DNA of 64,000 nt from Candidatus Deferrimicrobiaceae bacterium (GCA_963792415.1 CAWBVY010000007.1:32001-96000); one strand, 5' to 3'; positions 1 through 11,824 are shown, counted from the stretch's first letter. Numbers and translations: made by a program. Notes: a model not told the origin generated them from the letters alone.

Positions 1-2
1 AG

Positions 3-935
3 ATGGGGCAAACCCTTTCGCCGGCCACGATCCGCAACATCATGGCGGACCTCGAGGAGGCGGGGTTCCTCGCCCAGCCGCACACCTCCGCGGGGCGCGT
101 CCCCACGGGCGCGGGGTTCCGGTACTACATCGACCACCTCCTGGCGCGGCAAGTCCTCGCCCGCGGCGAGATGGACCAGCTGCACCGCGCGGCGGGCGAA
201 GGGAACGGTCCGGCGGACGAGCTGGTGCGGCAGGTCAGCCGCCTGCTGTCGAACCTGGCCCGCCAGGCGAGCGTCGTCGTGGTTTCCTCGCCGGAGCAGC
301 AGGTCCTCAGCTCCGTGAGCCTCATGCGGGCGGGAGTCGAGAGGATCCTGCTGGTCACCGTGATGCGCGGGGGATGGGTTCAGCACCGCCTGATCGAGGG
401 CGAGCCGGATCTCTCCGGAGACGAGCTCGAGAAGATCAGCGCATACCTCAACGAGCTGGCGGAGGGGCGGACGCTGCTGCAGCTGCGAACCCGGATCCTC
501 GACGAACTCGGCAAGGAGAAGGCCCGGTACGACCGGGTGATGGGGCGTGCCCTCGCGATGGGCGCCCGGGCGCTCACGGACGCCGCCCCGGGCGAGGTCT
601 TCATCGAGGGGCGCGCGAACATCCTCGAACAGCCCGAGTTCTCCGAGGACGTCCACCGCCTGAAGCGGATTCTGCGCGCCTTCGAGGAGAAGAGCGTGAT
701 CTTCCGCCTGCTCGACCGGGCGATGGAGAGCCGTGCGATCCAGGTATCCGTCGGGGTCGAGAATACGGTGGAAGAGCTTCCGGACATCTCGGTGGTCGCC
801 TCCGGGTACCGGCAGGGCGCTTCCTCCGTGGGGAGCATCGGCCTCATCGGGCCCGTCCGGATGGATTACTCGCGGGTGATCCCGCTGGTAGAGTACGCCG
901 CGAGCCTGCTCACCACGATGTTCGAGGATCGTTAG
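3..935 (+). CDS. hrcA: Heat-inducible transcription repressor HrcA (5'-truncated by window edge)
   Basis: SPATIRNIMADLE...QPHTSAGRVPT N-terminal motif and C-terminal GPVRMDY; directly upstream of grpE. Confidence 0.96.
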   Translation: MGQTLSPATIRNIMADLEEAGFLAQPHTSAGRVPTGAGFRYYIDHLLARQVLARGEMDQLHRAAGEGNGPADELVRQVSRLLSNLARQASVVVVSSPEQQVLSSVSLMRAGVERILLVTVMRGGWVQHRLIEGEPDLSGDELEKISAYLNELAEGRTLLQLRTRILDELGKEKARYDRVMGRALAMGARALTDAAPGEVFIEGRANILEQPEFSEDVHRLKRILRAFEEKSVIFRLLDRAMESRAIQVSVGVENTVEELPDISVVASGYRQGASSVGSIGLIGPVRMDYSRVIPLVEYAASLLTTMFEDR

Positions 936-987
936 CGTCCTACGTCCGCCAGGATATCCCGTACGATTTCACCAGGAGAGGAAAGGG

Positions 988-1563
988 ATGGAAGACAGGG
1001 AGAAGGAATTGCAGCCGGCGGAAGCCGTGGCGGAGAGTCCGACGGCGCAGGATGTCGATGCCGGACCCGGGAGCGGCGCGGAATCCGGGGAAACGGAAGA
1101 CGCGGCGAAGCTGAAGGAACAGCTGGCGTACCTTGCCGCGGAGTTCGAAAATTTCCGGAAGCGCGTCGCACGGGAGCGGGATGCGCAGGCGGCCTTCGGG
1201 AACGAGCGGCTGCTGCTTGCCGTCCTGCCGTTCCTCGACAACCTCGAGCGGGCGATGGGCCAGGAGGCGGCCTCCGCCGAATCCCTTCTCTCCGGCGTCC
1301 GGATGACGTACGACCTGTTTCTCTCGGAATTGCGCAAATTCGGCCTTGAGCAGCTCCCCGCGCAAGGCGGGGCGTTCGACCCGTCCCTGCACGAGGCGAT
1401 CGCGAGCGTACCCTCCCCGGGAATGCCCGGGGGGACCATCGTCGCCGAGGCGCGCAAGGGGTACCTGCTCCACGGGCGCCTGCTGCGCCCGGCCCAGGTT
1501 ACGGTCGCCGCCGCCCCTCCGGAGGACGGCGGCGGCGACGCTCCCGCCGGATCGGTGACGTAA
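988..1563 (+). CDS. grpE: Nucleotide exchange factor GrpE
   Basis: AEFENFRKR, LPFLDNLERA, FDPSLHEAI, GYLLHGRLLRPAQV motifs. Confidence 0.96.
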   Translation: MEDREKELQPAEAVAESPTAQDVDAGPGSGAESGETEDAAKLKEQLAYLAAEFENFRKRVARERDAQAAFGNERLLLAVLPFLDNLERAMGQEAASAESLLSGVRMTYDLFLSELRKFGLEQLPAQGGAFDPSLHEAIASVPSPGMPGGTIVAEARKGYLLHGRLLRPAQVTVAAAPPEDGGGDAPAGSVT

Positions 1564-2673
1564 GTGGCGTCGAAGCGCGATTATTACGATATTCTCGGTG
1601 TTTCCCGGGAGAGCACCGTCGACGACATCAAGAAGGCGTTCCGCCAGCTCGCCCTTCAGTACCACCCCGACCGGAATCCCGGCGACAAGTCCGCGGAGGA
1701 CCGGTTCAAGGAGCTCAACGAGGCGTACTCGGTCCTCTCCGACCCGGGCAAGCGGGAGCAGTACGACCGCTTCGGGCACGCGGGGCCCGCGGGGCAGGGG
1801 TTTGGCGGCGCCGGCGATTTTTCGGGGTTCGGCGTCGAGGACATCATCAACGACTTCTTCGGCGGGATTTTCGGGGGGGCCGCGGGAGGCGGCCGCTCCC
1901 GCCGCGGCGCGGATCTCCGGTACAACCTGACGGTCGCTTTCGAGGAGGCGGTCTTCGGCTCCGAGAAGGAGATCGTCGTCCCCCGGACGGGGGTGTGCCG
2001 GGACTGCTCGGGATCGGGCGCGCGGAAGGGGACCCGGCCGGAGCGGTGCGGCGCCTGCAACGGACAGGGCCAGGTCACGATGCAGCAGGGGTTTTTCGCG
2101 ATCCGCCGCACCTGTGGCCGCTGCGGGGGGACGGGCCAGATCGTCAAGGACCCGTGCGGAAATTGTGCCGGCACCGGACACGTCCGGGAAAACCGCTCGC
2201 TCAAGGTGAAGATCCCCCCCGGGGTCGACAGCGGGACGCGCCTGAAGCTGCGCGGCGAGGGGGAGGCCGGCCCATCGGGCGGCGCCACCGGGGACCTGTT
2301 CGTGGTGCTCACCGTGAAGGAGCACCCGTTCTTCATCCGGGAGGGGGCCGACCTTTTCTGCGAGGTGCCGATCACCTTTCCGCAGGCGGCCCTGGGCACG
2401 ACGATCGAGGTGCCCACCCTGTCCGGGAGGAAAAATCTCACCATCCCCCCCGGCACGCCGTCGGGACACGCATTCGTGATGCGGGGGGAGGGGGTGGCCG
2501 CGCTCAACTCCGGCCGGCGGGGGAACCTCGTGATCCGCGTGGTGATCGAGGTGCCCAGGAAACTCACGAAGCGGCAGAAAGAGATTCTCGCGGAGTACCA
2601 GGAACTGTCCGAGGAGTCCCCGGGTCCCATCTCGCGAAGTTTCTTCGAAAAGGTGAAGGAGATCTTCGGGTGA
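1564..2673 (+). CDS. dnaJ: Chaperone DnaJ (class A)
   Basis: J domain with HPD, G/F-rich linker, four CxxCxGxG repeats; GTG start abuts the grpE stop. Confidence 0.97.
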   Translation: MASKRDYYDILGVSRESTVDDIKKAFRQLALQYHPDRNPGDKSAEDRFKELNEAYSVLSDPGKREQYDRFGHAGPAGQGFGGAGDFSGFGVEDIINDFFGGIFGGAAGGGRSRRGADLRYNLTVAFEEAVFGSEKEIVVPRTGVCRDCSGSGARKGTRPERCGACNGQGQVTMQQGFFAIRRTCGRCGGTGQIVKDPCGNCAGTGHVRENRSLKVKIPPGVDSGTRLKLRGEGEAGPSGGATGDLFVVLTVKEHPFFIREGADLFCEVPITFPQAALGTTIEVPTLSGRKNLTIPPGTPSGHAFVMRGEGVAALNSGRRGNLVIRVVIEVPRKLTKRQKEILAEYQELSEESPGPISRSFFEKVKEIFG

Positions 2674-4619
2674 TCTTCCATTTTCGGATTCCCGGCACCC
2701 GCCTGTTCGCCTCCCTGCTCCTGGTCCTTGCGGTTTCCGCCGGGGCCACCGAGGCTCCCAGTCCGATGCTTGGCGGGGGCGACGCGATCCCCGTTCTCCG
2801 CCCGTGGACCCCCGAGTCCTTGCGGACGGCGCCGATCGTCCCCTTCCTTCAGGCCGAAAGCGAATACGTCGCCGGGAAGACCGACCAGGCCCTCTCCCGG
2901 TTCCTCGACCTGGCATACTCCGCCGCGGACGACGAGCGGAAGGGGTTCATCTGGTGGCGCATCGGAGAGCTGCTGCTCGTCCGCGGGGAGCTGGACAAGG
3001 CGCTGGAGGCGGCGGACAAGGCGGTGCTTCTCTCCCGCGCCCCGTACCTCTCCCTCTCGGCCGTCGACCTCAAGCTGCGGATCTACCAGCGGATGAAATG
3101 GAACAACGAGGCGGCCCAGATGGCGGCGTACCTCCTCGACCGGAAGTTCGTGGGGGCGGACTCCTCCGCGCTCGTGGCCCTGATGGCGCGTGTGGACGCC
3201 GGGGCGGGGAAGCTGGGCAGCGCCCTCGCGCTCTACCGCCGCGCCATCGCCGCCGCCACGGATCCTGAGCATTCCCGGCGGCTGTCGGCCGAACGGGAAT
3301 CGCTGATCAACGGGGCGACGGACCTGTCCGTGCTCCGGGGGGCGGCCGAGGGGGAGGAGGATCCGGAGGTCCGCGGCCACCTGTATTTCGCGATGGGGAA
3401 CGCGGCGATCCGGAAAGGGTTCCTCGGGATGGCGGCCCACGCGTTCGAGCGATCGGCGCGCGCCGGGGGGAAAGAATCCCATGAGGCCGCGGAGCGTCTG
3501 TTCCGGGCGGAGGAGATCATCGCCGCGCGGCCAAAGATCGTCGGTCTCGTCCCCCTCTCGGGGAAGCTTTCCGACATCGGGTACGCGGTCCTCATCGGGG
3601 CGGAAGTTGCGCTCGGCACACTCCAGGGGGTCGAGCGGAACGGCACGCCTCCGGTCATCCGGTGGGTCGACACGGCGGGGCAGCCCGAGAATGCGCGGAG
3701 GGAGTTCGTTGCCGCCGCGGCCAACCCGACGGTGATCGGCGTCCTCGGGCCGGTCACGGGAGAGGAGGGTCGGTCGGTCGGCGTTGCGTTCACGCAGAAA
3801 TCGCCCCCCACGCTGTACCTCGGCCAGAAGCAGATCTTCGAAAAGCCGTTCCTCTACGGGTTCGGACTCTCCCCGGCGCAGGAGGCGCGGGCTCTTCTCT
3901 CGCACCTGGCGCGGGCGGGGGTTTCCGACCTGCTCCTGTTCCACCCGCAGAACGGATACGGGCATGGCTTCGCCACCGCGGCTGCCGCGGCCGCCGAGGC
4001 GGCGGGGATCCGGATCGCCAAGACCCTGTCCTACTCCCCGGAGACGCAGGACTTCACGGGGGTGATCAAGAGGGCGGTCGGCAACGCGACCTTCCAGCGC
4101 CAGTCGCGGTCGAAAGAAAAGGGAGACGCGATGAAGCTTCCGCTGGGGGGTATCGTTATCGCCGACCGGTGGGACCGGGTCTTCCTCCTCGCGTCGCAAT
4201 TGCGCTACTACAACGTCTATCTCCCGCTGGCCGGGTTCTCCGGATGGAACGACCCCGAACTGCTCCGGAAGGCGGTCGGTGCCGTTTCGGGGGCGGTCTT
4301 CCCCGTGGACTACTCCGACGTGATCCCGGGGGCCCAGGGCGACCGGTTCCGGAAGGCGTTCCAGGAGATGGTGTCGGCTCCCCCCTCCCGGTTCGAGGCG
4401 ATGGGGTACGACGGCGCCCGGTTTCTCTCCGAGGCGTACGCGCTCGAGGGCGGTTCCGGACACTCCCTCGAGGAGGCGATGCGCGAGAAGATCCCCCGGC
4501 TGAAAAATTACCTCGGCGTGACGGGAGCGTTCCAGTTCACACCGGCGGGGGATCTGCGCCGGAAAGTCTCCCTCCTGCAGGTCGAGCTGGGGAACTTCGT
4601 CCCCGTCCAGACCCCGTAA
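2670..4619 (+). CDS. Exported TPR plus type-1 periplasmic-binding-fold protein, LpoA/LppC-like (penicillin-binding protein activator family)
   Basis: GTG 2670 overlaps dnaJ TGA; hydrophobic signal peptide without lipobox Cys; TPR-like helices then IVGLVPLSG...VLGPV...EAMGYDG...[10 protein letters not shown] as in LppC/LivK folds. Confidence 0.7.
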   Translation: MIFHFRIPGTRLFASLLLVLAVSAGATEAPSPMLGGGDAIPVLRPWTPESLRTAPIVPFLQAESEYVAGKTDQALSRFLDLAYSAADDERKGFIWWRIGELLLVRGELDKALEAADKAVLLSRAPYLSLSAVDLKLRIYQRMKWNNEAAQMAAYLLDRKFVGADSSALVALMARVDAGAGKLGSALALYRRAIAAATDPEHSRRLSAERESLINGATDLSVLRGAAEGEEDPEVRGHLYFAMGNAAIRKGFLGMAAHAFERSARAGGKESHEAAERLFRAEEIIAARPKIVGLVPLSGKLSDIGYAVLIGAEVALGTLQGVERNGTPPVIRWVDTAGQPENARREFVAAAANPTVIGVLGPVTGEEGRSVGVAFTQKSPPTLYLGQKQIFEKPFLYGFGLSPAQEARALLSHLARAGVSDLLLFHPQNGYGHGFATAAAAAAEAAGIRIAKTLSYSPETQDFTGVIKRAVGNATFQRQSRSKEKGDAMKLPLGGIVIADRWDRVFLLASQLRYYNVYLPLAGFSGWNDPELLRKAVGAVSGAVFPVDYSDVIPGAQGDRFRKAFQEMVSAPPSRFEAMGYDGARFLSEAYALEGGSGHSLEEAMREKIPRLKNYLGVTGAFQFTPAGDLRRKVSLLQVELGNFVPVQTP

Positions 4620-4624
4620 TCCGC

Positions 4625-6652
4625 GTGCCCGGGGATCTTGCGCGAAAAGTCGGGAGGTCGCTTTCCCCCGGCGGTCCGATCGCGGCGGCGATGCCGGGGT
4701 TCGAGTCGCGCCCGGGACAGCTCCGGATGGCGCTCGCATGGGCGGAGGCGCTTGAAACGCCCCGCGTGCTGGTCGCCGAGGCGGCCACCGGGATCGGCAA
4801 GACGCTGGCCTACCTCGTCCCCGCGATCCTCTCCGGCCGGAAGACGATCGTTTCCACCGGCACGCGCACCCTCCAGCAGCAGTTGATGGAAAACGACATC
4901 CCCCTGGTGCGGGACATCCTCCAGTACCCCTTCTCGTGCGCCGTCCTCAAAGGCCGCGGCAACTACCTCTGCCTGCGCCGCTGGAAGCGGTTCCGCGCCG
5001 AGCCGCTCTTCGAGTTCGCCCGGGAGGCCGGCTACTTCTCCGCGATGCAGGCGTTCTCGGAGAGGACCCGGACGGGGGACGTATCCGAGTGCGAAGGGGT
5101 GCCCGAGGACGCGCGCGTCTGGGGAGAGGTGAACGCCCGCAGCGAGATGTGCGACGCGTCTGCGTGCGGCGAGACCGAGCGGTGCCATCTTGCGGCGGCC
5201 CGGCGGCGGGCCGCGGACGCCGATCTCGTCGTGGTGAACCACCACCTGTTCTTCGCGGACCTCGCGCTGCGCGAGCGGCTCGGCCCCGGTCGCGGGGGCG
5301 AGGAAGGGCGGTTCGGGGAGGTGCTTCCACGCGCCGACGCCGTGGTGTTCGACGAGGCGCACGGAGTCGAGGAGACCGCCTCCGTCTTCTTCGGCGTGAC
5401 CGTCTCTCTCGGCCGCGCCCGGGAGCTCGCGCGGGACGTGAAGCGTTCCGCCGCGAAGGCGCGCGGCGGGTGGAACGCTCTCCCGCCGATGGCCGAGCGG
5501 TTCCGCCTCGTCGCCGAATCGGCTTTCGACGCGGTGGGGGACGGGGAAGCCCGTTTCGCGCTGCCCGCGCCCTCCGCCGGCACCCCGTTCGGGCAGAAGG
5601 CGTCCGCCCTGCTCCGCGCGGGGGAGGAGCTCGCCCTGTCGCTCTCGGACGGTGTCCCCCACGGGGAGAGGGGCTCCGACGCGGCGGGCACGGATTCGGG
5701 GACGGACCGGGACCCCCTTCTCCGGCGGGTCCGCTCCTTCCTCGACGACCTGGACTCGGTTCTCTCCTCCGACTCCGCCTCCGCCGTGGCGTGGGCGGAG
5801 CGGCGCGGCGCGTCCGTCTCCCTGCACCGGACGCCGGTCGAGGTATCCCCGGTCCTTTCCGCGGCGCTCTGGGGGGAGCGGATTCCGTTCCTTCTCACCT
5901 CGGCGACCCTCTCCGTATCGGGCGACCTGTCGTATTTCCGCGATCGTGTCGGGCTCTCACGGGTTGATGCCCGGGAACTCATCGTGGATAATGAGTTCGA
6001 CTTCGCGGGGCGGGCGCTCTTCTACGTCCCGCAGGGGATTCCCGATCCGGCGGATTCCGCGTTCCCGGCGGCGGCGGCGGAGGAGACGCGGGAGATCCTG
6101 TCGTGCTCCGGCGGCGGCGCGCTGGTCCTGTGCACGAGCTACCGGACGCTCTCGGCTCTGACGGAGGCGCTGCGGGGGACGCTGCCGCACACCTTGTACG
6201 TCCAGGGGGACGCCCCGCGGGGGCACCTCCTGCGGGCGTTCCGGGACGGCGAGGACACGGTGCTGATCGGGACGGGGACGTTCTGGGAGGGGGTCGACGT
6301 TCCAGGGTCCTCCCTGCGGTGCGTCATTATCGACAAGCTGCCGTTCGCCTCCCCGTCCGACCCGGTGACCTCGGCCCGCATCCGGGCCCTGCGCGACCGG
6401 GGAGCGGACCCGTTCGTGGAGTACCAGCTCCCCGAGGCGGTCCTTGCGCTTCGGCAAGGCGTCGGGAGGCTCCTCCGCCGCGGGGACGATTACGGGGTGG
6501 TGGCCCTGCTCGACCGCAGGGTTTCGACCCGGGGGTACGGCGAGCTCTTCCGGACGAACCTTCCCCCGGCGCGGTGGACGGACGACCGGTCCGAGGTGGC
6601 GGCGTTCTTCCGCCGGTTCCACGGAACGAAGAAGACGGAGGGAAAGGGATGA
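4625..6652 (+). CDS. ATP-dependent DNA helicase, DinG/YoaA family (Fe-S)
   Basis: Q motif FESRPGQ, Walker A EAATGIGKT, KGRGNYLC, Cys cluster, FDEAH, FWEGVDVPG, QGVGRLLR; start GTG 4625 or ATG 4691. Confidence 0.92.
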   Translation: MPGDLARKVGRSLSPGGPIAAAMPGFESRPGQLRMALAWAEALETPRVLVAEAATGIGKTLAYLVPAILSGRKTIVSTGTRTLQQQLMENDIPLVRDILQYPFSCAVLKGRGNYLCLRRWKRFRAEPLFEFAREAGYFSAMQAFSERTRTGDVSECEGVPEDARVWGEVNARSEMCDASACGETERCHLAAARRRAADADLVVVNHHLFFADLALRERLGPGRGGEEGRFGEVLPRADAVVFDEAHGVEETASVFFGVTVSLGRARELARDVKRSAAKARGGWNALPPMAERFRLVAESAFDAVGDGEARFALPAPSAGTPFGQKASALLRAGEELALSLSDGVPHGERGSDAAGTDSGTDRDPLLRRVRSFLDDLDSVLSSDSASAVAWAERRGASVSLHRTPVEVSPVLSAALWGERIPFLLTSATLSVSGDLSYFRDRVGLSRVDARELIVDNEFDFAGRALFYVPQGIPDPADSAFPAAAAEETREILSCSGGGALVLCTSYRTLSALTEALRGTLPHTLYVQGDAPRGHLLRAFRDGEDTVLIGTGTFWEGVDVPGSSLRCVIIDKLPFASPSDPVTSARIRALRDRGADPFVEYQLPEAVLALRQGVGRLLRRGDDYGVVALLDRRVSTRGYGELFRTNLPPARWTDDRSEVAAFFRRFHGTKKTEGKG

Positions 6653-7509
6653 TACGAAAGGCGGTGTTCCCAGCGGCAGGATTCGGAACGCGGTTTTTGC
6701 CGGCGACGAAGGCCTCTCCCAAGGAGATGCTTCCGCTGGTGGACATGCCCCTCATCCAGCACGGGGTCGAGGAGGCGAAGGCGGCCGGGATGCGGGACAT
6801 GATCATCGTGACGGGGCGCGGAAAGAACGCCATCGAGGACCACTTCGACGTCTCCTTCGAGCTGGAGGCCTTGCTGATGAAGAAGGGGGACAGCGCCCTC
6901 CTCTCCTCCGTCCGCCGCGTCACCGACGGGGCCGACTTCTTCTACGTCCGCCAGAACCTCCCTCTGGGGCTGGGTCACGCGGTGCTCCGGTCGATGGACC
7001 TGGTCGGCCAGGAGCCGTTCGCCGTCGTCCTCTCGGACGACGTGATCGATGCGGAGGTCCCCGTGCTGAAGCAGATGATCCGGGCGTACGAGAAGCACAG
7101 CGCCGGCGTGGTCCTCGCGATCCAGCGCGTTCCGAGGGACGCGGTCTCCAAGTACGGGATCATCCGGGGGAAGCGGATCGCGGACGGGGTGTACGATGTG
7201 GAGGACATGGTGGAGAAGCCGAAGCCCGCGGAGGCGCCGTCGGACCTGGCGATCATCGGACGATATCTCCTTCCCCCGTCGATCTTTCCCGCTCTCCTCG
7301 CGACGAAGCCCGGGGCGGGGGGCGAGATCCAGTTGACCGATGCCATCCGCTCCCTGATCGGGACGGAGCGGGTTATCGGGTTCGAGTTCCAGGGGGTCCG
7401 GTACGACGCGGGGACGAAGCTCGGATTCCAGATGGCGAACATCGCTTTCGCGCTGAAAGACCCGGAAATCGGCCCAGGGCTGCGGGCATTCCTGAAGAAG
7501 GAGAAATGA
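6649..7509 (+). CDS. galU: UTP--glucose-1-phosphate uridylyltransferase
   Basis: KAVFPAAGFGTRFLPATKASPKEMLP, VEKP, GEIQLTDAI; ATG overlaps the helicase TGA. Confidence 0.96.
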   Translation: MIRKAVFPAAGFGTRFLPATKASPKEMLPLVDMPLIQHGVEEAKAAGMRDMIIVTGRGKNAIEDHFDVSFELEALLMKKGDSALLSSVRRVTDGADFFYVRQNLPLGLGHAVLRSMDLVGQEPFAVVLSDDVIDAEVPVLKQMIRAYEKHSAGVVLAIQRVPRDAVSKYGIIRGKRIADGVYDVEDMVEKPKPAEAPSDLAIIGRYLLPPSIFPALLATKPGAGGEIQLTDAIRSLIGTERVIGFEFQGVRYDAGTKLGFQMANIAFALKDPEIGPGLRAFLKKEK

Positions 7510-7510
7510 C

Positions 7511-7966
7511 GTGAGCAGAAAGATCGGGGGTTCCCACACGCGCCAGAAGTCCATGGAGGAGGTCCCGGAGAAGGGAAGGGCGGCCCGCCGCACCGGGCAT
7601 GTCCTGCTGCTGGACCTCCCGGTGGAGTCCGCCTGCCAGCCGCCCTCGGATGTCGTGGAGGTCGACGACACCGTCCGGGTCCTGCTGGAGATCCCGGGAG
7701 TCCCGGCCGCTTCCGTGCAGGTCCGGGTCCTGGGGAACCGGATCGAGATCACCGGGGAGAAGATCCCGGATTTCCCCCCGGGCGAGACCTCCTTTCTCTG
7801 CCTGGAACGGATCTTCGGGAAGTTCCAGCGGGCCTTCGAAGTGAGGGGCTCGGTGAACCTCGGGGAAGTGTCGGCGCGGATGGCGAACGGGATCCTCGTG
7901 ATCACGATCCCGAAGGTCCCGGAACGGCGAGGCCGGGAGCGCCGGATCCCGGTGACGACCGGATGA
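7511..7966 (+). CDS. Small heat-shock protein Hsp20/alpha-crystallin
   Basis: EIPGV...[11 protein letters not shown]...[14 protein letters not shown] and C-terminal RRIPV (IxI/V) motif; upstream of lon. Confidence 0.88.
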   Translation: MSRKIGGSHTRQKSMEEVPEKGRAARRTGHVLLLDLPVESACQPPSDVVEVDDTVRVLLEIPGVPAASVQVRVLGNRIEITGEKIPDFPPGETSFLCLERIFGKFQRAFEVRGSVNLGEVSARMANGILVITIPKVPERRGRERRIPVTTG

Positions 7967-7994
7967 GGGGAAGGAAGGAAGGGGGAACGACGAC

Positions 7995-10559
7995 ATGACC
8001 GACGAGACGAAGAAGAAACCGGGGGAGGGGACGGAAGCTCCCGCGGAGCGGACCGACACGGGGAGCCTCCCGACCGCAGAGGAAATGGAGCCGGGGGCGG
8101 AAACCTCGCAGGGGGAGAATCCTTCCCCGGAGGAGGAGAAGGAGACCGAGACCGGGCCGGAGATCCCCGAGGAGCTCCCTCTGCTGCCGGTGCGCGACAT
8201 CGTCATCTTCCCGTACATGACCCTGCCCCTGTTCGTGGGGCGGGAAGGCTCCGTCGCCGCGGTGGACGAAGCGCTGGCGCGGGACCGGTACATCTTTCTC
8301 GCCACGCAGAAGGACCCGTCCGTGGAAGACCCGAAGGAGGAGGACCTCTACCGCACCGGCACGGTGGCGATGATCATGCGGATGCTGAAGCTGCCCGACG
8401 GCCGGCTGAAGATCCTCATCCAGGGCGTCGTGAAGGCGAAGATCGTCGGGTTCATCGAGGCGAAGCCCGCGGTGCGCGTCCGGATCCACCGGATCGTGGA
8501 GTCCCCGCAGAAGGAGGGGTCCCTCGAGGTCGAGGCGCTGATGCGGGCCTCCCGGGAGAAGATCGAGAAGATCCTGTCGCTCAAGAACATGCCGGTCGAG
8601 ATCCTGATGGTCACCGAGAACATCAACAATCCCGGCGTGCTCGCCGACCTCGTGGCGTCGAACCTGCGCCTGAAGATCGAGGAGGCGCAATCGGTGCTCG
8701 AGGAGGAAGACTCCGTCGCGCGGCTGAACCTGGTCAGCAACCTCCTCTCCCGCGAGCTGCAGCTGGCGGAGATGCAGGCGAAGATCCAGAACCAGGCGAA
8801 GGAGGAGATGTCCAAGAGCCAGCGGGAGTATTTCCTGCGGGAGCAGATGAAGGCGATCAAGCAGGAGCTGGGCGACATCGACGGGAAGTCCGAGGAGGCC
8901 GACGACCTGAGGGGGAAGGTCGAGGCCGCCGGGATGCCCGAGGAGGTGAAAAAGGAGGCGGAGAAGCAGCTCCGCCGCCTGGAGGGGATGCATCCAGACT
9001 CGGCCGAGTCGTCCGTGGTGCGCACCTACCTCGACTGGATGGTGGAAATCCCCTGGAAGAAGGAGACCAAGGACAACATCCAGATCGGGAAGGCGAAGGA
9101 GATCCTCGACGAGGACCACCACGACCTCGAGAAGGTCAAGGAGCGGATCCTCGAATACCTGTCCGTGCGCAAGCTGAAGGACAAGATGAAGGGGCCGATC
9201 CTCTGCTTCGTCGGTCCCCCGGGCGTGGGGAAAACGTCCCTCGGGAAGTCGATCGCCCGCGCGATGGGGCGGAAGTTCATCCGCATGTCCCTCGGCGGCA
9301 TCCGGGACGAGGCGGAGATCCGCGGACACCGCCGGACGTACGTGGGGGCGCTTCCGGGGCGCGTCATCCAGGGGATGAAGCAGGCGGGGACGCGGAACCC
9401 GGTCTTCATGCTGGACGAGATCGACAAGGTGGGGGCCGATTTCCGGGGCGATCCCTCCGCGGCGCTGCTCGAGGTGCTGGACCCCGAGCAGAACTTCGCG
9501 TTCAGCGACAACTACCTGAACGTACCGTTCGACCTTTCGAAGGTCCTCTTCATCGCCACGGCGAACATCATCGATCCCGTCCCGCCGGCCCTCAAGGACC
9601 GGATGGAGATCATCAATCTCTCGGGATACACGGACGTCGACAAGCTGGCGATCGCCAAGAAATACCTTTTGCCGCGCCAGTTCGAGGAGAACGGGATCCG
9701 GCGGGGAAAAATCACGATGAGGGACAAGGCGATCCTCGCCATCATCCACGAATACACCCGCGAAGCGGGGCTGAGAAACCTCGAGCGGGAGATCGGCAAG
9801 GTGTGCCGGAAGCTGGCCCGGAAGATCGCCGAGGGAGAAAAGGGGCCCTTCGCCGTCACGCCGAAGACCCTCGCGAAGTATCTCGGGGCCCCGCGGAACC
9901 TTCCGGAAACGGAGGGGGAGGCCGACGAGGTCGGCGTCGCGACGGGCCTCGCCTGGACGCCGACGGGGGGAGACATTCTCTTCGTCGAGGTGTCCCTCGT
10001 CGACGGAAAGGGAGGCGTGATGATCACCGGGTACCTCGGCGACGTGATGAAGGAGAGCGCCCAGGCGGCGATCACCTACGTCCGTTCGCGCGCGGCGAAG
10101 CTCGGGCTTCCGCGGAATTTCCACGCGAAGCACGACATCCACATCCATGTCCCGTCGGGGGGGATCCCGAAGGACGGTCCCTCCGCCGGGATCACGATCG
10201 CGACGGCCCTCGTCTCCTCGCTCACGGGGATCCCCGTCCGCAGGGACGTGGCGATGACCGGCGAGGTCACTCTCCGCGGCCGCGTCCTTCCGATCGGCGG
10301 CCTGAAGGAGAAGGCGCTGGCGGCGCTTCGCGCCGGGATCAGCCATGTGATCGCCCCGGCGCGGAACGGGAAGGACCTCGAGGAGATCCCCCGCCACGAG
10401 GCCCGGCAGGTGCGCTTCACGCTGGTGAAGACGATGGACGAGGTCCTTTCCCTCGCCCTGACGAGGGACCCGTTCCAGTGGGAAAAGAGGAAGGCGACGC
10501 CCCGCCGGGGAAAGGGCGTGCCGGCGAAAGGTTCGGGGAAGCCGAAGCGGGCCCGCTGA
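7995..10559 (+). CDS. lon: ATP-dependent protease La (Lon)
   Basis: LPLLPVRD N domain, Walker [20 protein letters not shown], catalytic PKDGPSAG and GGLKEK. Confidence 0.97.
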   Translation: MTDETKKKPGEGTEAPAERTDTGSLPTAEEMEPGAETSQGENPSPEEEKETETGPEIPEELPLLPVRDIVIFPYMTLPLFVGREGSVAAVDEALARDRYIFLATQKDPSVEDPKEEDLYRTGTVAMIMRMLKLPDGRLKILIQGVVKAKIVGFIEAKPAVRVRIHRIVESPQKEGSLEVEALMRASREKIEKILSLKNMPVEILMVTENINNPGVLADLVASNLRLKIEEAQSVLEEEDSVARLNLVSNLLSRELQLAEMQAKIQNQAKEEMSKSQREYFLREQMKAIKQELGDIDGKSEEADDLRGKVEAAGMPEEVKKEAEKQLRRLEGMHPDSAESSVVRTYLDWMVEIPWKKETKDNIQIGKAKEILDEDHHDLEKVKERILEYLSVRKLKDKMKGPILCFVGPPGVGKTSLGKSIARAMGRKFIRMSLGGIRDEAEIRGHRRTYVGALPGRVIQGMKQAGTRNPVFMLDEIDKVGADFRGDPSAALLEVLDPEQNFAFSDNYLNVPFDLSKVLFIATANIIDPVPPALKDRMEIINLSGYTDVDKLAIAKKYLLPRQFEENGIRRGKITMRDKAILAIIHEYTREAGLRNLEREIGKVCRKLARKIAEGEKGPFAVTPKTLAKYLGAPRNLPETEGEADEVGVATGLAWTPTGGDILFVEVSLVDGKGGVMITGYLGDVMKESAQAAITYVRSRAAKLGLPRNFHAKHDIHIHVPSGGIPKDGPSAGITIATALVSSLTGIPVRRDVAMTGEVTLRGRVLPIGGLKEKALAALRAGISHVIAPARNGKDLEEIPRHEARQVRFTLVKTMDEVLSLALTRDPFQWEKRKATPRRGKGVPAKGSGKPKRAR

Positions 10560-10566
10560 CGCCGTC

Positions 10567-11823
10567 GTGAAAGCGGTACTCCTCCCCTTCCTGTTCATCG
10601 CTTCCGCGTTCTTTTCCGCGACGGAGACGGCGCTGTTCGCCCTGCGGCGCGTGGATCTCCTGAAGTGGAAGGAGGAGGGGAACCGGCGGGCAGAGCGGAT
10701 CGCGCAGATGCTCTCGAAGCCCAACCGGCTGATCGCGACGATCTTCCTCGGGAACGAGGTCGTCAACGTGGCGATCTCCTCGGTGATCGCCGCCCTGCTC
10801 CTCCCGCACCTTCCGGGCGGGGCCGGCGAGGGGGTCGCCCTTCTCCTGGGCACGCTCGGGATCCTCCTGATCGGGGACGTGACGCCGAAGTGCCTCGTGT
10901 GGCCGCGGGCCCGCGGGTTTTCGCTGGCGGCCGCCGCGCCGCTCCACGCGTTCTCCCGCGTGGTCGCCCCGGCGCGGTTCGTGCTCGAGAAGATCGCCGG
11001 CGGGGTCCTCTTCCTGCTGGGGGAGCGGGGCGGGCCGCAGACCCGCGAGATGATCTCCGAGGCGGAGTTCCGCGCGCTGGTCGACGCCGGAGAGGAGACG
11101 GGCACCCTCGACTCGGAGGAGAAGGAGCTCATCCACAACATCTTCGAAATGACCGACCGGCGCGCGGGGGAGATCATGACCCCCCTGCCCGACGTCTTCA
11201 TGATCCCGAAGGATCTGCCGTACGAGGAGCTGGTCTCCCGGTACCGCCGCTACCGCCGGTCACGGATTCCGGTGTACGAGGGCGGGCGGCACAACGTCGT
11301 CGGCGTCCTCCATTTCAAGCAGCTGCTCCGCCCGATCGCCGAGGGGGGGGCGCCGCCGGTGTGGCAGGATCTCGTCCGGCCTCCCTACGTGGTCCCCGAG
11401 GTGCAGAAGCTCCATCCGCTGCTGCGCGAGTTCCAGAGGCGGAAGGTGCACATCGCCGTCGTGGTGGACGAGTACGGGGAGACGTGCGGGATCGTCACGC
11501 TCGAGGACGTCCTCGAGGAGCTGTTCGGGGAGATCCTGGAGGAGCGTGACCGGGAGGAGAGGGAGATCGTCCTGCGCCCCGACGGGTCCTCCCTCGTCCT
11601 CGGGAAGACCCAGATCCGCCACTTCAACGAGGCGTTCGGGACGGAGATCCCGGACCTGGAATTCGACACGGTCGCAGGTTTCCTCCTCCATGAATTCGGG
11701 AGGATGCCGGCCCCCGGGGAGAAGACTTCGCTGGAGGGGATCTCCTTCACCGTGGAGCGGATGAAAGGGCTGCGGATCGTGGAGGTCGGCGTTCGCCCGG
11801 CGCTGCAGGGGAAGGTGGAATAG
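10567..11823 (+). CDS. CNNM/CorB (hemolysin/TlyC-like) membrane protein with CBS pair and CorC domain
   Basis: FFSATETALF, GDVTPK, RSRIPVY, VVDEYG..GIVTLEDVLEELFGEI. Confidence 0.9.
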   Translation: MKAVLLPFLFIASAFFSATETALFALRRVDLLKWKEEGNRRAERIAQMLSKPNRLIATIFLGNEVVNVAISSVIAALLLPHLPGGAGEGVALLLGTLGILLIGDVTPKCLVWPRARGFSLAAAAPLHAFSRVVAPARFVLEKIAGGVLFLLGERGGPQTREMISEAEFRALVDAGEETGTLDSEEKELIHNIFEMTDRRAGEIMTPLPDVFMIPKDLPYEELVSRYRRYRRSRIPVYEGGRHNVVGVLHFKQLLRPIAEGGAPPVWQDLVRPPYVVPEVQKLHPLLREFQRRKVHIAVVVDEYGETCGIVTLEDVLEELFGEILEERDREEREIVLRPDGSSLVLGKTQIRHFNEAFGTEIPDLEFDTVAGFLLHEFGRMPAPGEKTSLEGISFTVERMKGLRIVEVGVRPALQGKVE

Positions 11824-11824
11824 G

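Noticed and set aside
932-960. TTAGC at the hrcA stop as a CIRCE element
   Set aside because: The rest of TTAGCACTC-N9-GAGTGCTAA is absent.
7902-11201. Very long antisense or alternate-frame ORFs (e.g. 7902-11201, 1656-4739, 18076-21276, 43919-46969)
   Set aside because: They shadow well-supported genes, show Arg/Pro/Gly-rich low-information translations or codon-mirror patterns, and are expected from stop-codon scarcity at high GC.
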